A stretch of DNA of 58,307 nucleotides from Burkholderiales bacterium. GTDB taxonomy: Bacteria; Pseudomonadota; Gammaproteobacteria; Burkholderiales; SG8-41. The notes under the pieces are model-generated. The model had not been told where the DNA came from. It was given only the letters and a program-made list of their open reading frames with translations, and searched no databases. Position 1 is the first letter of the stretch; each line of letters begins with the position of its first letter. The translations under genes and the position numbers were made by a program. This document shows positions 10,697 to 18,894 of this stretch, in pieces. The stretch is taken from assembly GCA_041629335.1 (NCBI GenBank), contig JBFKNN010000003.1:1-58307 (forward strand), in the 5' to 3' direction.

Positions 10697-11068
10697 CTAC
10701 AATGCCTCGACCCGGATCGCATCGCCATCGCGCACGTCCCCAAGCCGGCGCGGGTCGCCCGCGATCCGGCCGAGCACGTTGCAGCGGGTTACCAGCCGGC
10801 ATTCGCCGGCCTTCGATATCGGCGTGGGGCCGAAGGGCAGCGCGAGCGCGCCGCCGTCGACCCAGAAGCATACCGTGCCCGGCTCCACGACCTGTTTCGC
10901 CCCGGGCTCGAGCTGGCCGTTCACCGGCAGTTTGAAATAGACCTCCGCGCCCCAGGTGTTTGCCGTGGCGTCGCACGGCAAAGCGGAGAGCAACCGCTTA
11001 GCTGTCGGGGTATCTTCTAAGTCAGCGATCACTTCGCCCGAGGACCACGCAATGCGGATTCTCGGCAC
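10697..11068 (-). CDS. Cyclophilin-like fold protein (DUF369/TM1367-like)
   Basis: 'DTPTA..LL.ALP....ANTWGAEVYF..P', 'G.VCFW..G.ALALPFGPTPIS', 'CNVLGRI'. Confidence 0.75.
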   Translation of the reverse strand: MPRIRIAWSSGEVIADLEDTPTAKRLLSALPCDATANTWGAEVYFKLPVNGQLEPGAKQVVEPGTVCFWVDGGALALPFGPTPISKAGECRLVTRCNVLGRIAGDPRRLGDVRDGDAIRVEAL

Positions 11069-11095
11069 TGCCCGTGTCCCGGCTGCTGCGGAACG

Positions 11096-11854
11096 TTATC
11101 GGCCGGCCGGCGCTTCGGCCCGCAATGCGCTGTTGACCGAGACAGTCTTCATCTCCGGCTGGCGCACCGCATTCCGTTTGACCACGGTTTTCAGGCGCTG
11201 CTTCTCGCTCATCACCCGCGCGGTATAGACGTCCTGTTCGTCGTTGAGGGCCCCCGCATACATCTGCAGCGCCGTGCTGAGGTTACCCGTCCGGCGCAAG
11301 TATTCCTTCAGGATCTGCGACCCGACCAGGATGTTGGTTGCGGGGTCGAAAACCGCTTTCTCCCCCCCGAACTCCTGGAGCTTGTCGCCGTGATACTTGG
11401 GAATGATCTGCATCAGACCCTTGGCGCCGACGACGCTTTCCGCGATCGGATTGAAGCGCGACTCGACCGCCATCACAGCCAGGATCAGCAGCGGATCGAG
11501 CCCGATCTGGTGTCCGGCGGCGTGCGCGATATCCACGAAATTCAGGGCGACGTCCTGCGATACGCGGTAGCGTCTGGCAAGGAACTCGGCGATCACCCGC
11601 TGCCGCTCCTGCTCCGCGCTGGAAATCGCCGGCACTGGTGCAGCCGCCGGTTTGGCGGCGGAATTGAATATCGCAGGTGGCAGGACACGGGTGTAGGCGC
11701 CCTTGAACGCATGGCCATGCTGCTGAACGAGGATCAGGAACAACGCCGCCAGGCTGGCTGCGAGGACCAGGAAAGACACGGCATCCCGGCCCCATGAGGC
11801 CAGTTTCTCCGCGTCCGGACACGGGAGCAGGTGGGAAAACGATTTTGCTGACAT
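11096..11854 (-). CDS. Lytic transglycosylase (SLT domain)
   Basis: 'LILAVMAVESRFNP.A.S.VGAKGLMQI', 'NILVG..IL..Y', 'ALQMYAG'; N-terminal membrane anchor. Confidence 0.88.
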   Translation of the reverse strand: MSAKSFSHLLPCPDAEKLASWGRDAVSFLVLAASLAALFLILVQQHGHAFKGAYTRVLPPAIFNSAAKPAAAPVPAISSAEQERQRVIAEFLARRYRVSQDVALNFVDIAHAAGHQIGLDPLLILAVMAVESRFNPIAESVVGAKGLMQIIPKYHGDKLQEFGGEKAVFDPATNILVGSQILKEYLRRTGNLSTALQMYAGALNDEQDVYTARVMSEKQRLKTVVKRNAVRQPEMKTVSVNSALRAEAPAGR

Positions 11855-11955
11855 GGCAAAACCTCCTATCGGTCGTCGGCCGGTGACTACGGCTGTCGGC
11901 GGCGCTCCTGCCGTGCTGCAGTAGATGAGCCTCTAGTACTGCGCTGCTCCGAAAA

Positions 11956-11971
11956 CCACTACTTGTGGTGT
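11956..11971. promoter_or_regulatory. Candidate NrdR box upstream of the SLT gene
   Basis: CCACTACTTGTGGTGT resembles the consensus acaCwAtATaTwGtgt and the box upstream of nrdA in this window. Confidence 0.45.
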
Positions 11972-12079
11972 ACCGGGCTCGAAAAGGCTGGCTAATTCTA
12001 TTGAGCGCCCTGACGGTAAGCAATCACTTCGACCCTGTCATGTGGCGCGCCCGCAACAAATTATGGTGCGTCGCAATAT

Positions 12080-12110
12080 TAATTAATTGTTACATAGTAA
12101 CAATGAATTA
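12080..12110. promoter_or_regulatory. AT-rich palindromic operator-like site
   Basis: TAATTAATTGTTAC-ATA-GTAACAATGAATTA: 14-bp arms, 13/14 complementary. Confidence 0.5.
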
Positions 12111-12275
12111 GTCAACAGCAAAGATACGTGCATTGTCTATCATGCTGCGATGCGCTAGGGACGAGACCGAGACAAATTTCCGGTTCAGGCGGTAAGCGCG
12201 CAACGGCACAGCCGGTCCCCGAAGCGGCGCCAAGGAGAAAAACCTATGACATTCAATGTATTGGTGACTTTCTGG

Positions 12276-12467
12276 TCAATCGGCCTTCGATTTGGCGTGC
12301 GTTGGCCGATGCCCGGTCCGCCATGCCTCCAGCGCGCGCTCGTAGCGCGCCAGATCTTCCCAATAGCGGTCGTAGACGCAGGGGTCGCAGCCGCTCTGGC
12401 AGCATTCCCACGGCTCGGGCTGGCGCGGCGGCTCGGGTTCCGTGCCGATTTCCCGTCGCTTGCTCAT
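12276..12467 (-). CDS. Small oxidoreductase-like domain protein (CCxSGCxPCVxD)
   Basis: 'PEPPRQPEPWECCQSGCDPCVYDRY'; ATG overlaps the upstream stop (ATGA). Confidence 0.85.
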   Translation of the reverse strand: MSKRREIGTEPEPPRQPEPWECCQSGCDPCVYDRYWEDLARYERALEAWRTGHRPTHAKSKAD

Positions 12468-13396
12468 GGCTGCCCGGTGGCTGGCAACGGATGGCCCGGA
12501 AAGCGCCGCTGGTACTCGCCCAGAAGCTCGTCGGCTTCGGCGATCCTGCCCTCGCGGCGCAGCAGCGCGATGCGCTCGCGCCACTTATCGGGTGGCTCGC
12601 CGTCCAGTTGCTGCACATGGCGGGCAACTGCCGTTGATAGGCCAGAAACCGATGCACGAGGCGTCGCTTCGTCGGCCGCCACTTCGCGCCGCAATGCCCC
12701 CGCCGTTGCTGCCCGGGATTCTTCCGCCATCACCTTCTCCGCCGGCACTGCGGGCGCGCGCTGGGCAAGCGGCGCCGGCTTTTCGCGCTCCAGGGCGGCG
12801 GCGCGCTCGCGGATCGATGGTTCTGCCTGGGGTCGCGTTGGCACACCGGCGGCGGGCGCTGCGGGGAACGGCCGGGCCGCGGCTTCGGCCGGAGGCGTGC
12901 TCGGCTGCGCCTGGTCGTCGCGCTTCTCATCCGCCTGCCTCGCTGCCCGCCCCGGCACGACGCCCTCTGGCGCGCGCGCCGGTGGCGCCGCTGCGGGCTG
13001 CGTCTCGCGCTTGCGCTCGAGCTCCTCGGTTGGGGCAGTTTTCGGGCGGACTGCTGGCGGGGGGATTGCGCCTGCGGCGCGATCGCCAGCTGCCGGCGCA
13101 GTGGGCTTTGGTGCCGGCGGAGCCGACAGTTCATCGGCGCCCTCTTCCATCATCAGCGTGACCAGGCTCACGCTCAGCACCAGCACCGCCGCAAGCGCGA
13201 AGGGCAACCGCCAGCGGCTCCCGGCGATCGTGCCCGCCCGCCGCGGCGCCGCACCGACCTCCCGCCGCGCCGCCGCGCGGATTGCGGCATCGAGATGCGG
13301 CGGCGGCGCCTCCTGCGCACCTTGGCGGTACAGGTGCGACAAGCCGGCGTCGGCCGGATCATCGGCTCCCATGTGGTTGCGGTCCCGCTCGCTCAT
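12464..13396 (-). CDS. Putative membrane-spanning anti-sigma factor (SbrR-like), Ala/Pro-rich
   Basis: ATGA overlap with the sigma stop; 'EAPPPHLDAAIRAAARR', one TM 'LPFALAAVLVLSVSLVTLM', C-terminal 'WRERIALLRREGR..EA..LL..Y..RFP'. Confidence 0.72.
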   Translation of the reverse strand: MSERDRNHMGADDPADAGLSHLYRQGAQEAPPPHLDAAIRAAARREVGAAPRRAGTIAGSRWRLPFALAAVLVLSVSLVTLMMEEGADELSAPPAPKPTAPAAGDRAAGAIPPPAVRPKTAPTEELERKRETQPAAAPPARAPEGVVPGRAARQADEKRDDQAQPSTPPAEAAARPFPAAPAAGVPTRPQAEPSIRERAAALEREKPAPLAQRAPAVPAEKVMAEESRAATAGALRREVAADEATPRASVSGLSTAVARHVQQLDGEPPDKWRERIALLRREGRIAEADELLGEYQRRFPGHPLPATGQP

Positions 13397-13965
13397 TGCC
13401 ATTCACCCATACCCTGCCGCAACTTTGCGAGGGCGTAGCGCAGCCGGCTCTTGGCGGTTTCGCGCGTAACGCCCGTCGCGGCAGCGATTTCCTCGACCGA
13501 CAGGCCAGCTTCCTGTTGCAGCAGGAACGCTTCGCGCTGCGCTTCCGGCAGCGCCTCGATCAGCTCGAGCAGGGCGCGAGCCTTCCGCTTCAGATCATAG
13601 GCGGCGTCGGGCTCAGCATCGCGCGGAGCAGGCGGATCGTCCAGCTGCAGTCCCGTGTCATCATCGTACGACAGCATCGCACGCCCGGCGTGCTTACGGT
13701 AATGATCGATCAGCCGGTTGTGCGCGAGGCGGTAGAGGTAGGTGGCGAACCTGGCGCTCGGCGTGTAGGCATCGCGCGCACGGATGAGGTTCATCCATAC
13801 GTCCTGGAACAGCTCCTCCGCGACCGCGCCCTGCCGGCACTGACGCATGAGGTAACGGTACAGCCCGCCCCGGTGGCGCTGATACAGCAGGTCGAACGCC
13901 GCCGCATCGCCAGCGCAATAACCCAGCATCAGCTCCTCGTCGCGGCTGTCGGCGCTCCAGGCCAT
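13393..13965 (-). CDS. ECF RNA polymerase sigma factor (SbrI-like)
   Basis: 'DEELML.YCAGDAAAFDLLYQRHR', 'AEELFQDVWM', 'LPEAQREAFLLQQEAGLSVEEIA...ETAKSRLRYA'. Confidence 0.92.
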   Translation of the reverse strand: MAWSADSRDEELMLGYCAGDAAAFDLLYQRHRGGLYRYLMRQCRQGAVAEELFQDVWMNLIRARDAYTPSARFATYLYRLAHNRLIDHYRKHAGRAMLSYDDDTGLQLDDPPAPRDAEPDAAYDLKRKARALLELIEALPEAQREAFLLQQEAGLSVEEIAAATGVTRETAKSRLRYALAKLRQGMGEWQ

Positions 13966-14151
13966 AGCGGGTTGCCAGTATGCGGGAGTGCTCCCGTACG
14001 GGCAACCCGGCGGGCGTTGCGGTGAGGCGTAACTCGAAAACCGCGACGGGTGACTCGTGACTTCCGGTCGCAACACCGGAATGCGCGATGAGCTTGCGGC
14101 CGAACCCGGCGTGCCGCGCGCCGAGGACCTCACGGATCGCGCCCATCGGCA

Positions 14152-14894
14152 TCACCGCGGATCGGGCACGAACTGCCCGGGAAACGGCATCGGTACCGCG
14201 ATGCGCGGCGCCCGGATCACGCCCAGCGCAACCAGGTTATGGTAGGTGTCGTAGTGGACCGCGATTACCTCCTGCGGCTCGCGGCTGGCGCGCTCGAAGC
14301 TGGTATAGGTGACAGGCGCGGATTGGTTGCGGCCATGACCGGTACCAAGCTTGTTCTCCGGCTGCGACGCCGACGCGGGGCGCGACGCGGCGTCGCTTTC
14401 CGCCGCGCGCTCGCTGCGGCCTGCGGCTCCCGCCGCGCTCGCCGGCTCGTCAGCCGAGCTGGGGAACGGGCTGTCGGCCGACTCATCGCGCTGCGCGTGC
14501 GGTCGCGCCATGCCGGGGACCGGTTGGGTCTTCTTCGCGAAGATGGCGACGCCAATGACGCCGACGTGATCGGGGCGGCCAGTTCGCGCGGCGTAGGAGT
14601 TCTCATGCTGGGTGAAGAAGAACGCCGCGACCCGCTGCAGGCTCTTACGCCAGCCAGCGATGTCGTAGCTCTGGTACGGCGACAGCACGTATCCGGTCTG
14701 ATCCCAAGCCGCGGTTTCCCCGGACACGGCATTCACGCCGTCGACCGAGATCACGGCAAGGATTTCGTGCCGGGTGCGGTTCCGCACCCGGACCCGGTAT
14801 TCGTTGCCGGGCCTGCCAACCACGTAAAGGCGGCCGCCGGGGCTGACAACAGCGCGAGCACCGCGCCAGCGGCGATCTGGCTCTTGATGGGCAT
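14152..14894 (-). pseudogene. Secreted hypothetical protein, frameshifted after its signal peptide
   Basis: AAGGAG plus ATG at 14894 gives the signal peptide MPIKSQIAAGAVLALLSAPAAA, out of frame with the body 'GRLYVVGRPGNEYRVRVRN...SVDGVNAVSG..GYVL..IAGWRKS...FPGQFVPDPR'. Confidence 0.7.
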
Positions 14895-14933
14895 GACTGG
14901 CTCCTTGGTTTGCATCCACCTGATGCTGCGGAT

Positions 14934-14963
14934 ATAAACGCGCGCGGCGGCCGCAAGGGGTTA
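14934..14963 (-). promoter_or_regulatory. Candidate ECF (SbrI-type) promoter
   Basis: TAACCCC-N16-CGTTTAT, about 40 nt upstream of the 14894 ATG. Confidence 0.6.
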
Positions 14964-15116
14964 AGGACGCTCTGCACACGTGCGGGTGGTGTCGCGCCGT
15001 TGCGTTAGCAAGGCGCGAGAACAATGTATAAACAGAGCCTTGGTGCTTTGTAGTGCGCCATGGTGGCGGTCGATATGACTTTTCAGCGCTGCCGTAAGAA
15101 CGCCGAAGCGCCTCGC

Positions 15117-15146
15117 TTGAAACCGGCCGGGGGCGGCGTTTATACT
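15117..15146 (+). promoter_or_regulatory. Candidate sigma70 promoter of the EF-G paralogue
   Basis: TTGAAA-N18-TATACT. Confidence 0.45.
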
Positions 15147-15234
15147 CGAATCAATCCCCGCAATCCCGATCCAGGCGCGCGCGCGTCGCTACGGTATCCA
15201 CGCGAGGGTACAAAACCGGGCACAGGAGGTCACG

Positions 15235-17286
15235 ATGCCGAAGTTCTCCCCCGAGGCAATCCGCACCATCGCACTGGTCGGCCATGGTGCGTCGGGCAAG
15301 ACCACCCTGGCCGAGGCGCTGCTCGCGCAGTCGGGCCGGATCGGCGCGGCGGGCACAGTAGAACGCGGATCGACGGTCTGCGACTTCGATCCGCTCGAGA
15401 AAACCTACCTGCACTCCCTCAATGCCTCCCTCGTCCACTTCCAGCACGGCGACACCCGAATCCACCTGATCGACACCCCGGGCCTGCCCGACTTCATCGG
15501 TCGCGCCATCGGGGCGTTGCCGGCGGTGGAAACCGCGGCGCTGGTGATCAACGCGCAGAACGGCATCGAGATGATCACCCACCGCATGATGCAGTGGATC
15601 GAGAAGCGCAAGCTGTGCCGCATGATCGTCATCAACAAGATCGATGCCGAGAACGTCGACCTGCCGCAGCTGCTGGAGAACATTCAGGCCGCCTTCGGCA
15701 AGGAATGCCTGCCGATCAACCTGCCGGCGGACAAGGGGGCGCGCGTCGTCGACTGCTTCTTCAATCCGTCCGGCGAAAGTGACTTCTCCTCGGTCGAGAG
15801 CGCGCACCAGGCGCTGATCGATCAGGTCGTGGAGGTCGACGAGGAACTGATGGCCAAGTACCTCGAGCAGGGGGACATCGAGCCTGCCGAGCTGCACGCG
15901 CCATTCGAGCAGGCGCTGCGTGACGGCCACCTGATTCCGGTGTGCTTTGTGTCCGGGCGCAACGGCGCGGGGGTGGCGGAACTGCTCGATATCATCGTGA
16001 AGCTGCTGCCCAATCCGACCGAGGGGAATCCGGAGCAGTTCCTCATGGGCGAAGGCGAAAAGGCGCAGCCGATCCAGGCTGAGCCGGATCCCGCAAAGCA
16101 CGTGCTCGCCCACGTGTTCAAGGTGGTGATCGATCCTTTTGTCGGCAAGGTCGGCATTTTCCGCATCCACCAGGGCACGGTTACGAAGGACACGCAGCTC
16201 TATATCGGCGACGGCAGAAAACCGTTCAAGGTCGGCCATCTTTTCCTCGTGCAGGGCAAGGACTTCGTCGAAACCACCGAACTCGTGCCGGGCGATCTGG
16301 GCGCGGTGGCGAAGGTCGACGAAATTCACTTCGACGCCGTGCTCCACGACTCGCACGACGAAGACCACATCCATCTCGTGCCGCTGGAGTTCCCCACGCC
16401 GATGCACAGTCTCGCGATCGAGCCCAAGCGTCGCGGCGACGAGCAGCGCATCTCCGACGCGCTGCACAAGCTTGCCGCCGAGGACCCGACCTTCAAAGTC
16501 GAGCATCATGCGGCGGTGAACGAAACCGTGATCAGCGGCCTGGGCGACCTGCACATGCGCTACATCCTCGACAAGATGGCGAGCCAGTATCATGCCGAGG
16601 TTTCCACCAAGCCGCCGCGCATCCCGTACCGCGAAACGATCACCGCCAAGGCGGAAGGCCATCACCGCCACAAGAAGCAGACCGGCGGTGCGGGGCAGTT
16701 CGGCGAGGTGTTCCTCCGGGTCGAGCCGCTCAAGCGGGGCGCCGGGTTCGAGTTCGTGGACCAGGTGAAGGGTGGCACCATCCCCGGCCAGTTCATCCCC
16801 GCGGTGGAGAAGGGCGTGCGCCAGGTGCTGGACAACGGGCCGGTCGCCGGCTATCCGATGCAGGACGTCCGGGTCATCGTCTACGACGGCAAGCATCATG
16901 CGGTCGACTCCAAGGAAGTCGCCTTCATCTCCGCCGGCAAGCGCGCCTTCATGGACGCAGTCGCGAAGGCGCGTCCGATCGTGCTCGAGCCGATCGTTAC
17001 CATCGAGGTTACGGCCCCCGAGACGAACATGGGCGATATCGCGGGGGACATCTCCTCCAAGCGCGGGCAGATCAGCGGCACCGACACCCTGGCTCCCGGC
17101 ACGCTCGCGATCAAGGGGCAGGTGCCGCTCGCCGAGATCAACAACTATCAGGCGCGGCTGAAGTCGGTTACGGCGGGCCAGGGCTCGTTCACGGTCGAGT
17201 TCTCACACTACGAGCCCGTGCCGCCCAACGTCCAGAAGGACCTCGCGGCCCAGTATGCCAAGACCGCTCACGCCGATGAGCAGTGA
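15235..17286 (+). CDS. Elongation factor G-like protein (EF-G2 type paralogue)
   Basis: GHGASGKTT, DTPGLPDF, NKID, 'HKKQTGGAGQFGEV', 'YDGKHHAVDSKEVAF'; not in the str operon. Confidence 0.92.
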   Translation: MPKFSPEAIRTIALVGHGASGKTTLAEALLAQSGRIGAAGTVERGSTVCDFDPLEKTYLHSLNASLVHFQHGDTRIHLIDTPGLPDFIGRAIGALPAVETAALVINAQNGIEMITHRMMQWIEKRKLCRMIVINKIDAENVDLPQLLENIQAAFGKECLPINLPADKGARVVDCFFNPSGESDFSSVESAHQALIDQVVEVDEELMAKYLEQGDIEPAELHAPFEQALRDGHLIPVCFVSGRNGAGVAELLDIIVKLLPNPTEGNPEQFLMGEGEKAQPIQAEPDPAKHVLAHVFKVVIDPFVGKVGIFRIHQGTVTKDTQLYIGDGRKPFKVGHLFLVQGKDFVETTELVPGDLGAVAKVDEIHFDAVLHDSHDEDHIHLVPLEFPTPMHSLAIEPKRRGDEQRISDALHKLAAEDPTFKVEHHAAVNETVISGLGDLHMRYILDKMASQYHAEVSTKPPRIPYRETITAKAEGHHRHKKQTGGAGQFGEVFLRVEPLKRGAGFEFVDQVKGGTIPGQFIPAVEKGVRQVLDNGPVAGYPMQDVRVIVYDGKHHAVDSKEVAFISAGKRAFMDAVAKARPIVLEPIVTIEVTAPETNMGDIAGDISSKRGQISGTDTLAPGTLAIKGQVPLAEINNYQARLKSVTAGQGSFTVEFSHYEPVPPNVQKDLAAQYAKTAHADEQ

Positions 17287-17409
17287 ATGAGTGATGGGTG
17301 AACGCGTGAGCCCGCTCACCCGGTCCCTCGCCCCCGCGACTCGAGGCAGAGGGCATCCCCTTCACGCCTAATCCTTCAACCCTCACGCCTCACTGCCGTA
17401 TCGCTGTCC

Positions 17410-18018
17410 ATGGACGACATCGTTCTGCGGGGCATCGTCAAGTGGCCGGACGTCCCCGCGGTCTTCGGCTGGCTGCAACTGGACCGCCGCGGGCAGTGGC
17501 TGATCCGGGGCAGCCGCATCGCCAACCCCGCCGTTTGCGCGTTCATCGGGCGCAACTACGAGCGCGATGGGGGCGGCCGCTGGTTCTTCCAGAACGGCCC
17601 GCAGCGGGTGTTCGTCACGCTCGACTACACGCCATTCGCGTACCGCGTTGTCAGTGCCGAGGGCGCGCCCCTGGCGCTCGAGGCTCACACCGGCTCGGCG
17701 GTGACCGCGCTGTCGGGTGCGTGGATCGACGAAAATGGCGCGACGCTGATCGATACCGAGCACGGAGTGGGTCTGATACACGATCATGATCTGGAACGCC
17801 TGCTGCCCTATTTCTCCGGGACCGCGGGCGAGCCGCTCACCGAGGATGAGCTGGCGCGGCAGATGGACCTGGTTGCGCAAGATCGCGAGGCGAATCTCGC
17901 CCTCAGGTTTGGCGGCGCCATCGTGAAAGTCGCATCGATTGCAGCGCGCAACGTGCCGCGGCGCTTCGGCTTCGTCCCGCATCCAGTGCCCCCGGCCGCG
18001 CATGAGGCGTGTCCATGA
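17410..18018 (+). CDS. DUF2946-like conserved betaproteobacterial protein
   Basis: 'MDDIV...IVKWPDVPAVFGWLQLDRRGQW', 'FIGRNY..D..GRWFFQNGPQRVFV.LDYTP'. Confidence 0.75.
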   Translation: MDDIVLRGIVKWPDVPAVFGWLQLDRRGQWLIRGSRIANPAVCAFIGRNYERDGGGRWFFQNGPQRVFVTLDYTPFAYRVVSAEGAPLALEAHTGSAVTALSGAWIDENGATLIDTEHGVGLIHDHDLERLLPYFSGTAGEPLTEDELARQMDLVAQDREANLALRFGGAIVKVASIAARNVPRRFGFVPHPVPPAAHEACP

Positions 18019-18845
18019 GCACCTTCCAACTCTCGGGACATCCCGGCATGCGCCCCCTGTCCGAGTTCGGGCTCGATGCCCGGCGCGCGATACGCGGCGT
18101 GTTTGCCGACATTGACGATACGCTCACCACGGACGGCCGCCTGACGGCAGAGGCGTACGCGGCCATGGAGCGGTTGAAGCGCGCCGGACTGCTGATGGTG
18201 CCGATCACGGGTCGGCCGGCCGGCTGGTGTGATCATATCGCCCGGATGTGGCCGGTGGACGGCGTGGTTGGCGAGAATGGCGCCTTTTACTTTCATTACG
18301 ATCCCGGACAGCGGGTGATGCGGCGCCGGTTCGTGGACGATGCCCCGACCCGCGCCGCACGCCGCGACCGCCTGCAGGCGATCGCCGCAGAGATACTGCG
18401 GGCCGTGCCGGGATCCGCAATCGCCGCCGACCACCATTACCGCGAGACCGACCTCGCGATTGACTACTGCGAGGACGTGCCGCGCCTGCCGGACGCGGCG
18501 GTCGAGCGCATCGTCGCGCTGATGGCGCAGCACGGGCTCACCGCCAAGGTGAGCTCGATTCACGTCAACGGCTGGTTCGGGCACTACGACAAGCTGACAA
18601 TGACGAAGCGGCTCATGCAGGAATGCTTCGGCGTCGACCTCGCCGCCGAGCGGGCGGCGTATGTGTTCGTCGGCGATTCGCCCAACGACTGCCCGATGTT
18701 CGCCCATTTTCCGCACGCGGTCGGGGTCGCCAACCTCCGCGACTTCGAGAGCCGGCTCGCGCACGCCCCGGCCTATCTCGCGAAAGGACGCGGCGGGGCC
18801 GGCTTCCGCGAGGTCGCCGACGGTATACTCGCCGCAGGGGTTTGA
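18015..18845 (+). CDS. HAD-IIB family hydrolase
   Basis: DIDDTLT motif I, ITGRPAGW, VGENG, 'VSSIHVNGW', FVGDSPND; ATGA overlap (alternative start 18048). Confidence 0.88.
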   Translation: MSTFQLSGHPGMRPLSEFGLDARRAIRGVFADIDDTLTTDGRLTAEAYAAMERLKRAGLLMVPITGRPAGWCDHIARMWPVDGVVGENGAFYFHYDPGQRVMRRRFVDDAPTRAARRDRLQAIAAEILRAVPGSAIAADHHYRETDLAIDYCEDVPRLPDAAVERIVALMAQHGLTAKVSSIHVNGWFGHYDKLTMTKRLMQECFGVDLAAERAAYVFVGDSPNDCPMFAHFPHAVGVANLRDFESRLAHAPAYLAKGRGGAGFREVADGILAAGV

Positions 18846-18894
18846 TCCGCGCAGCCGCGTGATGACACCCGATTGCGAACCGGAACGGCACAAC

